Virus record (IMG/VR): IMGVR_UViG_2897081166_000001
Span: 1 to 64,000 of that record
Reading direction: 5' to 3' (one strand)
Length of the DNA: 64,000 bases
Source of the DNA: a virus
Taxonomy: Duplodnaviria; Caudoviricetes
Below, piece by piece: positions 19,408 through 29,540 of the stretch; within the stretch, counting starts at the first letter, position 1; the number at the start of each line of letters is the position of its first letter. Under the pieces are notes generated by a model, which was not told the DNA's origin, ran no database searches, and was given only the letters and a program-made list of their open reading frames with translations. The position numbers and the translations under genes were made by a program.

Positions 19408-19545
19408 GCCCGTTCATCAATCGGTCGGAACGTGAATCTGAAGCCGATCACGACGCGGGGCCCGTTTAACCAGGAGTCATCGTTCAGGAACCTGTTCATC
19501 TACCTCCCCCGTTCAGATACTCTGAGAACCCGTTAGCTGAACCAA
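19408..19545. promoter_or_regulatory. Putative res site
   Basis: Repeated CGTTCA/TGAAC half-sites (19411, 19481, 19510, 19537) directly upstream of the resolvase. Confidence 0.5.
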
Positions 19546-19556
19546 GGAGGCGATCT

Positions 19557-20180
19557 ATGGCCCTAGTTGGGCTCGTTCGAGTCAGCACCGACAAGCAGAA
19601 CACCGAACGGCAGCACGATGCCCTCGACCCGATCTGCATCAAGGTCTTCGAGGAAAAGGTCAGCGGCAAGCTCCAGGCCGAGGAGCGACCGGCCCTGATG
19701 GAAGCCATCGACTACATGCGCGACGGCGACATGCTCTGCGTGCAGGAGGTGGACCGCTTCGGCAGGAACCTCCTCGAAGGGCTCATCGTCCTCAACGACC
19801 TCTTCGAGCGCGGTATCCCCGTCAAAGTGCTGGACGGCATCGCCGTCGGAGAGCACAAGGAACGATCCCTCATCCTCGACATCGCCCTCGCCCTGGCCGA
19901 GGACCGCAGGCGCGACATTGCCAGGAAGACCAAGGACGGACTCGCCGCAGCCCGTAAGCGTGGGCGAGTCGGTGGTCGGCGGCCCGTCATGACCGAGCCG
20001 CTCGTCGTCCAAGCCGTCGCCTTGAGAGACAAGGGGTACAGCCTCAAGCAGATCCAGCCGCACCTCCGGATCGGTGAAGGCAAGAACAAGGGGAAGAACC
20101 CCAGCATCGGAGTGATCTCGCAAGCGCTCCGTGCGCACGACCAGGGCATGACCGCCGCCCCGGCAGGGGGGAGTCAGTGA
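19557..20180 (+). CDS. Small serine recombinase (resolvase/invertase family)
   Basis: RVSTDKQ catalytic motif, EKVSG, RP.L, DRFGRN, GRVGGRRP. Confidence 0.93.
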   Translation: MALVGLVRVSTDKQNTERQHDALDPICIKVFEEKVSGKLQAEERPALMEAIDYMRDGDMLCVQEVDRFGRNLLEGLIVLNDLFERGIPVKVLDGIAVGEHKERSLILDIALALAEDRRRDIARKTKDGLAAARKRGRVGGRRPVMTEPLVVQAVALRDKGYSLKQIQPHLRIGEGKNKGKNPSIGVISQALRAHDQGMTAAPAGGSQ

Positions 20181-20482
20181 CTGTCGAACTGGGTGCCAGT
20201 CGAGTCCACTCGGCTGAGGAACGACAAGTCTCCCTGATCGTGGGACGGAACATTCGTCGACTGCGCAAGGAACGGAAGATGAGCTCGGCAGCGCTCTCGC
20301 GGGAGCTGAGGGGGCGAGGCATCAGGCTTCAGGACTCTCAGATCCGACGGATGGAGACAGGGGCCCTGCACGGGCAGTCAACGCCGGCTGTAACCGTTGA
20401 CCACCTTGTCGCCTTCGCTTGGATACTTGGGGTCTCGACCACGGACCTTCTGACGCCTGTAGATGAGGGCGGGCGCCAGTAG
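20177..20482 (+). CDS. XRE-family HTH protein
   Basis: NIRRLR...IRRMETG...VTVDHLVAFAWILGVS. Confidence 0.75.
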   Translation: MTVELGASRVHSAEERQVSLIVGRNIRRLRKERKMSSAALSRELRGRGIRLQDSQIRRMETGALHGQSTPAVTVDHLVAFAWILGVSTTDLLTPVDEGGRQ

Positions 20483-20679
20483 GGCGGCGCGAGGAGATGA
20501 TCAACCAATTCCGGTCACACCTCTACCCCTGTGGCTGATTCGGGTGCATCGTTAGTCCCGTGAGACCCCTCCTGCCAGGGCGAGGTTTCCGCTCTCAGGC
20601 CCTGCCCGCGCCCCCCCGTCGCGGGCGGGGCCTGCCGCTCCTCCCGGCTCCCCACGGGAGGCCAAGCGGCTGCCCGCCT

Positions 20680-20847
20680 CTAGGGCTGGGGGAGTTCTCC
20701 GGGCCGGATCGGGACGACCTTCACGTCGGTGGCCCCGGCTGCTTCAAGCTCGGCTTTACGGTGCTCGGCGCTGGGCTTGTCGTAGGCGACGGTGGAGGCG
20801 CGCCCCTTCCCGGTGCTGTCGGTCCCGGTGAGGGCGTAGTTCTGCGT
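20680..20847 (-). pseudogene. Small ORF whose apparent start codon is ACG
   Basis: Frame TQNYALTGTDSTGKGRASTVAYDKPSAEHRKAELEAAGATDVKVVPIRPGELPQP has coding-like codon usage but no canonical start. Confidence 0.4.
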
Positions 20848-20941
20848 GGTGGAGGGCTGCGGCCAGGAGGCTGTGGAGTACGAGCCGGCCGCCTGACCTG
20901 CTGTTCGCGCCCTTCCTCGGTCGGTCTGGGGGAGGGCGTTC

Positions 20942-21151
20942 CTATGCCGCTTCGTAGTGGTGTGCCCGGCCGCCGCGCCATTCGACCCAGTCGGGTTGGT
21001 CGAGGAGGTCGTGGGCGTCGGGGAGCCCGGCCCGGCGGAGGAACTCGACGACGTCGCCGTCGGTGTGGGCGAGGCCGACGATCTGCCCTCGGATGGTGAC
21101 TCGCCGGCCGCCGGTGGGGGAGGGGTGGTGGATGACGATGGGCGCGGCCAT
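20942..21151 (-). CDS. Small hypothetical protein
   Basis: P..GGRRV...GLAH...VEFLRRAGL...VEWRGG pattern recalled from Streptomyces proteins. Confidence 0.7.
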   Translation of the reverse strand: MAAPIVIHHPSPTGGRRVTIRGQIVGLAHTDGDVVEFLRRAGLPDAHDLLDQPDWVEWRGGRAHHYEAA

Positions 21152-21177
21152 GGTTCCAGGGTGCGCCTGGTCTGGGG

Positions 21178-22047
21178 TTACCGCATGCGGGTGACGGTGA
21201 GGGTGCCGTGCCTGCCGGACCCGGCGAGCACTTCGACGGTCAGGTCCGACTCGATCCGGGTGTACGTCTCCCCGTCGGCCCGGCGTTCTCCGAGGGTCTC
21301 GGCCGCGGTGAGCGCGTCGGCGATTCTGCCGGCGAGTACGGGGTCGAGGCGTGCGGATAGCCGGATGGGGCCGCCTTCGTCGCCTACTGCGAGTGCGAGC
21401 CGGTGGGGTCGGCGCCGGGGGCCGAGGTAGCCGACGACGAGTGCGTCTTCGGTGTCGGCGTGCCTGATCTTCAACCACCCGCGCCGGTTGATCGGGTAGG
21501 CGGCCGTCCCCTTTTTGGCGACGATTCCTTCGATGCCTTGGTGTTGGAGGCCCTCGTACCAGGCGACAGCGACGGCGCGGTCGTCGGTGGCGGGTACGGC
21601 TTGGATTGGGGGCGGGATGCCGTGGAGCAGGTCTAGGAGCAGTTGCCGCCTCTCCGTGTAGGGGAGTGCGGTGGTCTGTCCTTGCGTGGGGTGTTCGAGG
21701 ATGTCCCACACTAGGTAGGAGGCGGGGTGCTGTGCGGCGAGCGCCCTTGCCCGGGTGGTGGTGGACGCGGCCCGTGATTGGGCGGCGGCGAAGTCGATGC
21801 GTCCGTTCTTCCAGATGACGGCTTCCCCGTCGAGGGTGGTCCCGGCTGGTAGCTGCATCCCTGCGACGGCGAGGTCCATCCAGTGGCTGGTGACGACCCT
21901 GCCCGAGCGCGCGTAAAGGATCACGGTGTCGTCGGTGCGCCTCAGGATCGTCCTGTGCCCGTCGAATTTGGGCTCGTACCACCAGTCCGGCCCGTGGGGG
22001 ATTACGGGTACGGCTTGGGCGAGGGCGGGTCGGATGGGGTACTCCAC
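21178..22047 (-). CDS. ATP-dependent DNA ligase (LigC/LigD-like)
   Basis: EPKFDG, LDGE, WDIL, EGIVAK, WLKIR motifs. Confidence 0.9.
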   Translation of the reverse strand: MEYPIRPALAQAVPVIPHGPDWWYEPKFDGHRTILRRTDDTVILYARSGRVVTSHWMDLAVAGMQLPAGTTLDGEAVIWKNGRIDFAAAQSRAASTTTRARALAAQHPASYLVWDILEHPTQGQTTALPYTERRQLLLDLLHGIPPPIQAVPATDDRAVAVAWYEGLQHQGIEGIVAKKGTAAYPINRRGWLKIRHADTEDALVVGYLGPRRRPHRLALAVGDEGGPIRLSARLDPVLAGRIADALTAAETLGERRADGETYTRIESDLTVEVLAGSGRHGTLTVTRMR

Positions 22048-22192
22048 GATCCGATCCTGCGCCGGGGTGGTGGGTGGCGCGCGGTGGGCTGCTCCGGGCG
22101 CGGAATCGCCCACCCCGTCCGCGCCTGCCCTGCCACACTGGGTGCGCCCCCGTCGCCTCCCCCGTCGACGGGGGCACCCCGAGGAGGGTGTG

Positions 22193-22569
22193 ATGAGCGA
22201 ACCGTTGGAAACACAGGGCGGCGTTGACGCTGAATCTCTGCGCATCATGTCTCTCACGTCAGAGGAGGCCTTTGCCGAGGTGATGGCATCGAAGGAGCCT
22301 CCCTGCGCGCTGTGCGAGGAGAGCCACTTCCGGTGCATCGATCACGGAGCGACGTGGTGATCCGCCGCCTGCTGGCCGCCACCCTGCGCCGCCTCGGTGT
22401 CCCGGGCCCGGCTCGCGGCGGGGCGCTCCCGCCGTACCGGCCGCGCCCCGGCGAGATGCTGGCCTGCCTGTCGCCCGGCCGTCAGATCACCGACCCCGAC
22501 GAAGCGGAAGCGCTCGGCATGACCGCTACTGCCCGACGAATGCGTGCGCACCCGAGGAGGACACCGTGA
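22193..22569 (+). CDS. Two small coupled hypothetical ORFs (22193-22360, 22357-22569)
   Basis: GAGGAGG RBS and GTGA coupling. Confidence 0.45.
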
Positions 22570-22729
22570 ACGACTGCGGCATCAGCGAGACGAACGACCC
22601 GCGCGTCCGGGTGCTCTGGGAACGGGAAGCCAAGACCGTGACCCTGCACCTTGTAGTGGAGCCGACACCCGCGCCCCGGATCGCTACGACACTGCCGAAC
22701 TCGCCACGCCGGGGCTGATCGAGCCCGGG

Positions 22730-22752
22730 TTGTCAGTGCCCGGTCGTAGGCT
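22730..22752 (+). promoter_or_regulatory. RecA-NDp/PafBC-type DNA-damage promoter
   Basis: TTGTCAGTG-N8-TAGGCT matches the actinobacterial consensus TTGTCRGTG-N8-TAnnnT. Confidence 0.7.
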
Positions 22753-22911
22753 TGTCACATCAACCCCCAGGGCTTCGGCCCGCGAACAAGGGGATTGCTC
22801 ACCGCCCCCGCCTGGCTGCTCCCAGGACGGGGGCGGGGCTGCGTCCGGGGGTACCCACGGACCTCAGTGAACACGCAGCTCACGACCATGTTGTGCAGTT
22901 GCGCGACATGG

Positions 22912-23187
22912 TCAGGCGTCCGGCTCCGGGTGCAGCACGATCTTCTTTGCCGCCTGCTCCAGCTTGGCCCGGTCCTGCTTCGGCTCCTGGGCAGCCTCAG
23001 CAGTCACCGCAGCCTGGAACACTGCTGCGGCCTCCATCCACGCCGCCCAGCCCTCCTGCGTGTACACCTCAGCCGTCGCCACCCGCTCAGCCTCGACAGC
23101 AGCACGACACAGATCGATCAGGTTCTCACTCGGATTCGCCACGGCCGGAAGCCTAAACGGCACCACTGACAACGACCGGTCTGCCAT
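22912..23187 (-). CDS. Small helical hypothetical protein
   Basis: WMEAAAVFQAAVT...R..LEQAAKKIVLHP; start uncertain. Confidence 0.6.
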   Translation of the reverse strand: MADRSLSVVPFRLPAVANPSENLIDLCRAAVEAERVATAEVYTQEGWAAWMEAAAVFQAAVTAEAAQEPKQDRAKLEQAAKKIVLHPEPDA

Positions 23188-23503
23188 GCTGGTGGCGGCC
23201 CGCTCGTCTGCCACCGGGAAACCGTGGCACCCGAGAACCTGTCGGCTCATAGCCGGGCGGGCCGCGTCTGCCGGACCCCCGACCCGCGAGGTGCCCCACA
23301 GGGGGACGTCCACCGAACGGGACAGAGGCCCCGGAGGCGAACGCCTTACGCCCGCCCTCCCCGTGGGGGCGGGCGTTCGTGCGCCGGAAACTTTGCGGAC
23401 CTGCGCAAGGTTTTCCTGCTGTTAGGAAAAAGCCAGGTCAGGGCGGTTTTCACGGACCTCCGTAAGAACCTGCCGGATCACTTTCGCAGCACCGCGAATG
23501 TGA

Positions 23504-23680
23504 TCACGCCGCTTCGGTGACGTCCCCACGCACCGCCGCAGCCCACTCCACCAACAGCTCCTCATACCGGCAGCGGGCCTCCGGCGACACCAGCCCGCCC
23601 GCCGACAGCAGACCCCGGATCTCCTCATTCACCACAGCCAGCGAACGGGCACGCGGCGGCTGGGCAGGAGGAGTTGGCAT
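23504..23680 (-). CDS. Small hypothetical protein (58 aa, absent from ORF track)
   Basis: RSLAVVNEEIRGL...YEELLVEWAAA; leaderless start behind a RecA-NDp-like promoter. Confidence 0.65.
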   Translation of the reverse strand: MPTPPAQPPRARSLAVVNEEIRGLLSAGGLVSPEARCRYEELLVEWAAAVRGDVTEAA

Positions 23681-23686
23681 GCCCGA

Positions 23687-23709
23687 AGTCTACGGGCCAG
23701 GTCTGACAA
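23687..23709 (-). promoter_or_regulatory. RecA-NDp-like promoter
   Basis: TTGTCAGAC-N8-TAGACT-N6-ATG on the minus strand. Confidence 0.6.
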
Positions 23710-23778
23710 CCAGCCCACGAAAAAGACCCTGCCCCATACCCTGACAGTGACGAAGCTGCACAGAGAAGGGGCAAGGCC

Positions 23779-25032
23779 ATGCCAAACGATGCTACCCCCA
23801 ACCCACACCCCGACCCCCTGGGATTCGGTCAACGCATGCAGATCCTCCGCACCCGCCGAGGCATGAGCCGGCCCACCGCCGCAGGGCTCCTCGGCATGTC
23901 CCCCTCCTGGGTAAAGCAGCTAGAACGAGGAGAGATCGGCATGCCCAAACTCCCCGTCGTTCTACGCATCGCCGAGCTCCTCCGGGTCCGCGACCTGTCC
24001 GACCTCACCGGCGACCAGACCGCCCCCGTTGACCTGTTCATTGGCCCCGGCCACCACCGACTCCCCGCCGTCCGGGCCGCGGTCAACACCCTCACCCTCG
24101 GCGCCAGCGGCAGGCAAGCACCGTCGGCGGGCCACCTCGCAGCCCGGCTCGCGAAAGCGTGGGCGGCCCGACACCAAGCCCCGAACCACCGCGAGGTCAT
24201 CGGCGAGCTACTGCCCGACCTGATCCGGGACGCCCAACTTGCCGTCCGCCAAGCCGACAGCGCCACCGACCGGCGCGCGGCCCAGGCCGTCCTCTCAGAG
24301 GTGTACTCCCTCTCTCAGTTCTTCATCGCCTACCAGCCCGACAGCGCCCTCTTGTGGCGGGTCGCCGAGCGCGGCATGGTCGCCGCTCAGGAGTCCGAGG
24401 ACCCGCATGCCATCGGTGTCGCCGCCTGGCTCGCCGCACAAGCCCATCGGGACACCGGGCCGGCGCACTTTGACGCAGCCGATGACATGACCCGTGAAGC
24501 CCTCGCCTACCTGGAACCGCTCCTCGACGGTGCCGAGGACCGCACCGCCGCGATCACCGGCGCCCTGCAGTTCGAGGCCGGATACACGGCAGCCCGGCGA
24601 GGCGAGAGGGGCACAGCGTGGGGGTGGTGGGACAAAGCCCAGGCCACGGCGGCCCGACTGCCAGCCTCCTACTACCACCCGGTGACCAGCTTCTCCCGGG
24701 CCATCATGGGCGCCCACGCCGTCACCATCGCCGTCGAGCTCCGGGCCGGCGGGGAGTCTGTGCGCCAGGCCGTTGCTGCGGACGCCACCGCGATCCCGTC
24801 CCGACCGCGGCTTGCGCGGCACCGCATCGAGGAAGCGCGCGCATACCAGCTCGACGGGCAGCAGGAGACCGCCCTTGCCACCCTGGAGCGCGCCCACCAG
24901 GCCGCCCCGGAGACGATCCGGTACAACGGGTACGCCCGCCGCATCGTGCTGGAGGAGACCGAGTCGCGGGTTCCTGCACGCAGGCAGCGAGCCGCCGTTC
25001 TGGCCGAGCAGCTAGGTCTGCTGGCCGCCTGA
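23779..25032 (+). CDS. XRE HTH regulator with large helical C-terminal domain
   Basis: RTRRGMSRPTAAGLLGMSPSWVKQLERG; C-terminal AAPETIRY. Confidence 0.85.
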   Translation: MPNDATPNPHPDPLGFGQRMQILRTRRGMSRPTAAGLLGMSPSWVKQLERGEIGMPKLPVVLRIAELLRVRDLSDLTGDQTAPVDLFIGPGHHRLPAVRAAVNTLTLGASGRQAPSAGHLAARLAKAWAARHQAPNHREVIGELLPDLIRDAQLAVRQADSATDRRAAQAVLSEVYSLSQFFIAYQPDSALLWRVAERGMVAAQESEDPHAIGVAAWLAAQAHRDTGPAHFDAADDMTREALAYLEPLLDGAEDRTAAITGALQFEAGYTAARRGERGTAWGWWDKAQATAARLPASYYHPVTSFSRAIMGAHAVTIAVELRAGGESVRQAVAADATAIPSRPRLARHRIEEARAYQLDGQQETALATLERAHQAAPETIRYNGYARRIVLEETESRVPARRQRAAVLAEQLGLLAA

Positions 25033-25126
25033 CCGAACTCATAGGCGAGGGGCAGGAATCCTGCCCCTCGTCCGCTGTTCCCGCCCTTACGGTCGCTACA
25101 CGAAGCCGATTAAGGAGGGCCGAGCC

Positions 25127-25515
25127 GTGACCACCAGAGCTTTACCACCCATCGCCACCCTGACCGAGGCGCAGCAGCGCGGCTGGGCGTGCGTCTGGTG
25201 CCAGGCCGGGCTCGGTATCGGCCTCGGCGTCGACCTCGGGGAACAGCGGGTCCGGCCGGCCGACGGAGCGGCGTACAGCTGGTTCCCGAGGCAGTGCCCG
25301 GACACGGCTGCCTGTGAGCGGCGGGAGGCGACGTGATCTGCGCCCGCTGCGACCAGCCCCTCGGCCAGGCTGCTGCGGTCCGGCTTGACCGGTCGGACTC
25401 CATGTCGGGGGCCCGCCCTGACGAGTGGGCGCATCGGGTCGGGGATCCGGTGTGCCGCCCGTATCCGGCCAAGAGCTCACCGCTCCGGGCTGCGCTTCGA
25501 CACCACACCAGGTAA
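25127..25515 (+). CDS. Two small Cys-motif proteins (25127-25336, 25333-25515)
   Basis: ACVWC...DLG and ICARCDQP; typical companions of such XRE genes. Confidence 0.6.
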
Positions 25516-25664
25516 GGGATGCCTGCCTTCTGGCCTGGAGTTATACGCGCGGTGACCCTGACGGACGGTTAGGTCATGAGTTGCCGTCAGGCACTAGTTT
25601 TTCAGTCAAAAGTGAGCAAGGCTCGATAGCGCTGACTGACCCCAGAGTCAGTAGCCGACGCATG

Positions 25665-26282
25665 TCACCGGCTGCGCAACCGAATCAACCAGCGATCAAT
25701 GGGGAGGACGAGATCAGCAGTCTCCACCGGAGCGCCGTCCTCACCCAGGCGAGTCCGCACCAGACGAAACGCCAGCATGTCCACCAGCAGGCCCAGCGCG
25801 TGAGCCTGATCGGCGGTCAGCGGCACCGTGCCCACCTCCACCACGTGACTGGTGTGCGGCCTGCGTTGACCACGCCACCACGACGACACGATCATCGCCG
25901 AATGCCCGCCCGGGTCCAGGCACTCGACTGTCTCGTGATGCAGCATCACACCTGGACGGATGCCGAGCCGGGCGGCGAGCTCCTCGGTCGCTGGCCGCGG
26001 CCGGGTGTCGGTGGTCTCGGTGCTGTACGGCCAGGGCAGGTCGGCGTTCGTGAGGGTGCGCACAGCAGGAGGATGCGCCACCGTGACGTGACGCCCCTTC
26101 TCTCCGTCGAGAACACCACTCCTGCGGAGCAGGTCGTAGGTGAGGCGCATCGTCTGCTCGTGGACCCGGTACTCGGCGGCCATGGCGCGGCGGGAGGGCA
26201 GCGGCTGGCCGATGGCCCACTCGCCGGCCCGGATGCGGCGGCGAAGGTCGGCGGCGATGCGCCGGTACGCCGCTTCTGGCAT
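25665..26282 (-). CDS. GntR-family regulator (HTH plus degenerate UTRA)
   Basis: YRRIAADLRRRIRAGEW..GQPLPS. Confidence 0.85.
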   Translation of the reverse strand: MPEAAYRRIAADLRRRIRAGEWAIGQPLPSRRAMAAEYRVHEQTMRLTYDLLRRSGVLDGEKGRHVTVAHPPAVRTLTNADLPWPYSTETTDTRPRPATEELAARLGIRPGVMLHHETVECLDPGGHSAMIVSSWWRGQRRPHTSHVVEVGTVPLTADQAHALGLLVDMLAFRLVRTRLGEDGAPVETADLVLPIDRWLIRLRSR

Positions 26283-26517
26283 CCGAACCTCTTACGTCGA
26301 TCAATGATCATCGAGTGAGGTTCGAACCTACGAAGCAGGGCGAGCAGCTGATATATCAGGTGCCCGTAGACGCTTCTGCAGGTGGCGGCTGCTGGTAGGC
26401 GGCGGTGCCCTATATTCGAAAGCGTGTTCGCTTGGATGCTTGACTGGCGCGAGTAAGCGCCCCATGGCGTGCCGGACCCGGTAACAGGTGGCCTCCTCGT
26501 CGGGTCTCCGGCACAGG

Positions 26518-26549
26518 TGAGCCCCCTCCGCTGAGTGGAGGGGGCTCAC
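26518..26549. terminator. Strong hairpin
   Basis: GTGAGCCCCCTCC...GGAGGGGGCTCAC. Confidence 0.65.
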
Positions 26550-26618
26550 TGCGATTCTGCATCAGCCGATCACGGGCCCGGGGCCCGCCGGCCAAAGTGG
26601 GGGCGGCCCCACCCATTT

Positions 26619-26944
<326 letters not shown>

Positions 26945-28333
26945 TCAACTTCTCAGAGTCTGCATCGACCGGCACAGGCCCGTAACCCTCATCGGGGAGA
27001 CTCAACGCCTCCTCCCAACTCGACTGGAGCGACTTGGCGATAGCCATCTCCATGCCCAGCGTGGTGTGGGAGTACGTCCCCTCCACACCCTGCAGAGTGT
27101 GACCCATCCGCTCTTCCACCGCCACCCTGGGATGTCCGGCTTCGTCCAGCAGCACTTTCTGGCCGTGCCTCAGGCCGTGGGGCACCATGCCTTCCACGCC
27201 GACCACTGGGCGGATTCCAGGCTGGGCACGTCGGCCGCGGACCTGCGGCTTGGGTGCACGGCCGTCCACCATCGGGCGCCAGGTATCGGAGTAGAAGTCG
27301 CCGCCGATCAGCAGCCGACCACCCTTGGGTGCGGTGAAGACGAACTCGCCCGGCCGCGAACGCACCAGCTCCTGAAGCAACGCGGCCAGGCCCGGGTTGA
27401 TGATCAACCCGCGCTCGGAGTCGTACTTCGCCGGCACCAGGGTCGGCTTACCGTCGATGTACTGCGACTGGTACTTGAGCAGGATTCGGGCGCCGTGCCC
27501 TGTGTCCTCCAGTTGCAGCCGATCCTGCGTCAGCCCAGCAAGTTCGCCGATCCGCAGCCCCGTGTAGAAGCTGGTGAGGACAAGGGCGTACATGCTGGCC
27601 CCGCGCAGGGCCAGCCCGTTGCGGGCGACCAAGAGGGCCTGGTGGGCGTTCGGGTAGACCTTCTCCTCCGTGTTCCGCTTCGACTTGTACTTCCCGCGGC
27701 GGCCGGCCGTCCCGTCTGGGATCGGGTTGTCGGCGCGAAGCTTGGAGGCTACGGCGTCTTGCAGAAGGGTCCGGAAGACGGTCCTGACGCCACTGATCGA
27801 GTTCTCGGCGTACCCCTGCTTGCTGAGGCTCAGCTCCCACGTCCGGTAGGCAACCGGCGTGATGTCGCGGATCGGGGTCCGCCCCCAGGCAGGAAGGATG
27901 ACCGCGCGCAACCGGCTCTTGTAGTCGCGAAGGGAAAGCGGTGAAAGCTCGATGGATTCGATCCAGATGTCCACCCACTCAGCCACGGTGATCTTTCCGT
28001 CCTGCGGATTGAGGAACACCTTGCGCCGGACATCGACTTCGAGACCGTGAGCGAACTCCTCGGCCGACCTCTCGGTATAGAAAGGCTTACCTTCGTCATC
28101 CCGGGAGACCGAACCCCACTGCCCGTTCGGAAGTTTGTACCGGCCTCGGTAGCGCCATTTTCTTGCACGCTTGTCGTAGGTGCGCTTTTCTGCGTGGGCC
28201 ACGATTCATCCTCCGACGTTCCCTGCGGCCCGCACAGCGCATGCGCCGGGATGCCGCAGTCGGTCTACTGCGAGCCTGCTGTACACACGGCTGCCCTGGC
28301 CCTAGGGCCAGGGTGCAGCCTTGCTGTGGAGTG

Positions 28334-28486
28334 CTAGACCGGCCATTTCGTGGCTTCGATCTTCCGCGCCTCGGCCTCGGTGATCAGCGACTCGTCTATG
28401 TACAGAACTACTTTGTTGTGCTGCACGTCTGTCCAGGCGCTGACACCGTGCGGCATTCCTGACACGCGAAGAACCAGGACTCGCAT
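28334..28486 (-). CDS. Small hypothetical protein
   Basis: MRVLVLRVSGMP..., between repressor and integrase. Confidence 0.5.
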   Translation of the reverse strand: MRVLVLRVSGMPHGVSAWTDVQHNKVVLYIDESLITEAEARKIEATKWPV

Positions 28487-28599
28487 AGGTCCCCCATACC
28501 AATCCGAGCGTGGCCCCCTCGTCGGTATCACACCATCAGATCACATCTTGGAACGGATTGTGGAGGGTTCCGTGGTGCTGAATGAACTTCTTGGGGCGT

Positions 28600-29100
28600 C
28601 TAGTTGGCCGACTCCGAAGAATCGCCGTCGCGGTCGAGGTCCCGTAGCACAGACTGCGCCTTCGCCCAGGCGATGAGATCACGGCGGATCTGCTCGGGGG
28701 ACGCGTCCGGAGTCCCCTTCACGACGATGACCATCCGTGAGTCGCCGCTGAGTGGGAGAACTGTGGTGTCCAGGAGAGGACCGTCCGACAGCTCCTGAAT
28801 GATCCGCAGCGGTAGACCCGTCTGGTCGCCGGATTGCGGAGACTCGGTGTCCTGGGCGGCGGGGGCTGGTGTGGGTTCGCCGCCGGCGAGTACGGCGTCG
28901 GCGGACCCTGGTGCCCAACCGAGGGCTGCTTCGACCTTCTTGACTGAGGGGGGCTGGCGCACGCGCGCCTTGCCTGCTTCCAGGTTCTGGATGGTTGATT
29001 CGCTGACGTCAGCGGCCGTCGCCAGGGCTACTTGTGTCATTCCCTTGGCATCGCGTGCCGCCTCGATGGCGTGCCCCAGTCGGACCCAGTCCCTACTCAT
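28600..29100 (-). CDS. CI-like immunity repressor (XRE)
   Basis: GMTQVALATAADVSESTIQNLEAG; divergent from cro; CATGAT-N7-ATG suggests a leaderless mRNA. Confidence 0.85.
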   Translation of the reverse strand: MSRDWVRLGHAIEAARDAKGMTQVALATAADVSESTIQNLEAGKARVRQPPSVKKVEAALGWAPGSADAVLAGGEPTPAPAAQDTESPQSGDQTGLPLRIIQELSDGPLLDTTVLPLSGDSRMVIVVKGTPDASPEQIRRDLIAWAKAQSVLRDLDRDGDSSESAN

Positions 29101-29324
29101 GGGGCACATCATGCCCGAGGTGCGGGCAACGCGCACCCATCGATACCCCCAAATGACCTGTATCAATCGGTGCGCCGGGCTCACTTTTGTTGCCTGCCTG
29201 TGCGCCCGTTCGCGGTCGCGTGCGCCCCCGTGGCACCTAGTGCACCCAAAGAAGGCCGCCTAACACCCAATGAATCCTGGGCTACGCCTTGCGAACACCC
29301 ATCGAAGGGCCTAAGTTGGGTGTC

Positions 29325-29540
29325 GTGACACCGAACGGAGCCGCAATCAGGTCCTTCCGAGAGAAGTGCGGACTGAGCCTGAGACGGCTCGCGCACCTCA
29401 TCGATCGCGACCCCGGCTATGTCTCCCGCATAGAGGCAGAGCAACGGGGAGCGGCGGAGGACACCCTTCGCCAAATCGCTGCGGTGCTGCAAGTGCCCGT
29501 TGCAGCCATCACAAGGGAGAAGCCCCGTGACCAGGAATGA
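29325..29540 (+). CDS. Cro-like HTH protein
   Basis: GLSLRRLAHLIDRDPGYVSRIE. Confidence 0.8.
   Translation: MTPNGAAIRSFREKCGLSLRRLAHLIDRDPGYVSRIEAEQRGAAEDTLRQIAAVLQVPVAAITREKPRDQE

Noticed and set aside
5795-20180. Invertase-driven tail-fibre switching between the two GDPD genes
   Set aside because: Both paralogs are full length and in the same orientation, and no inverted crossover sites were seen around them.
25516-25664. AT-richer spacer with weak hairpins as a possible ncRNA
   Set aside because: No convincing promoter or family resemblance; it may simply be a convergent terminator region.
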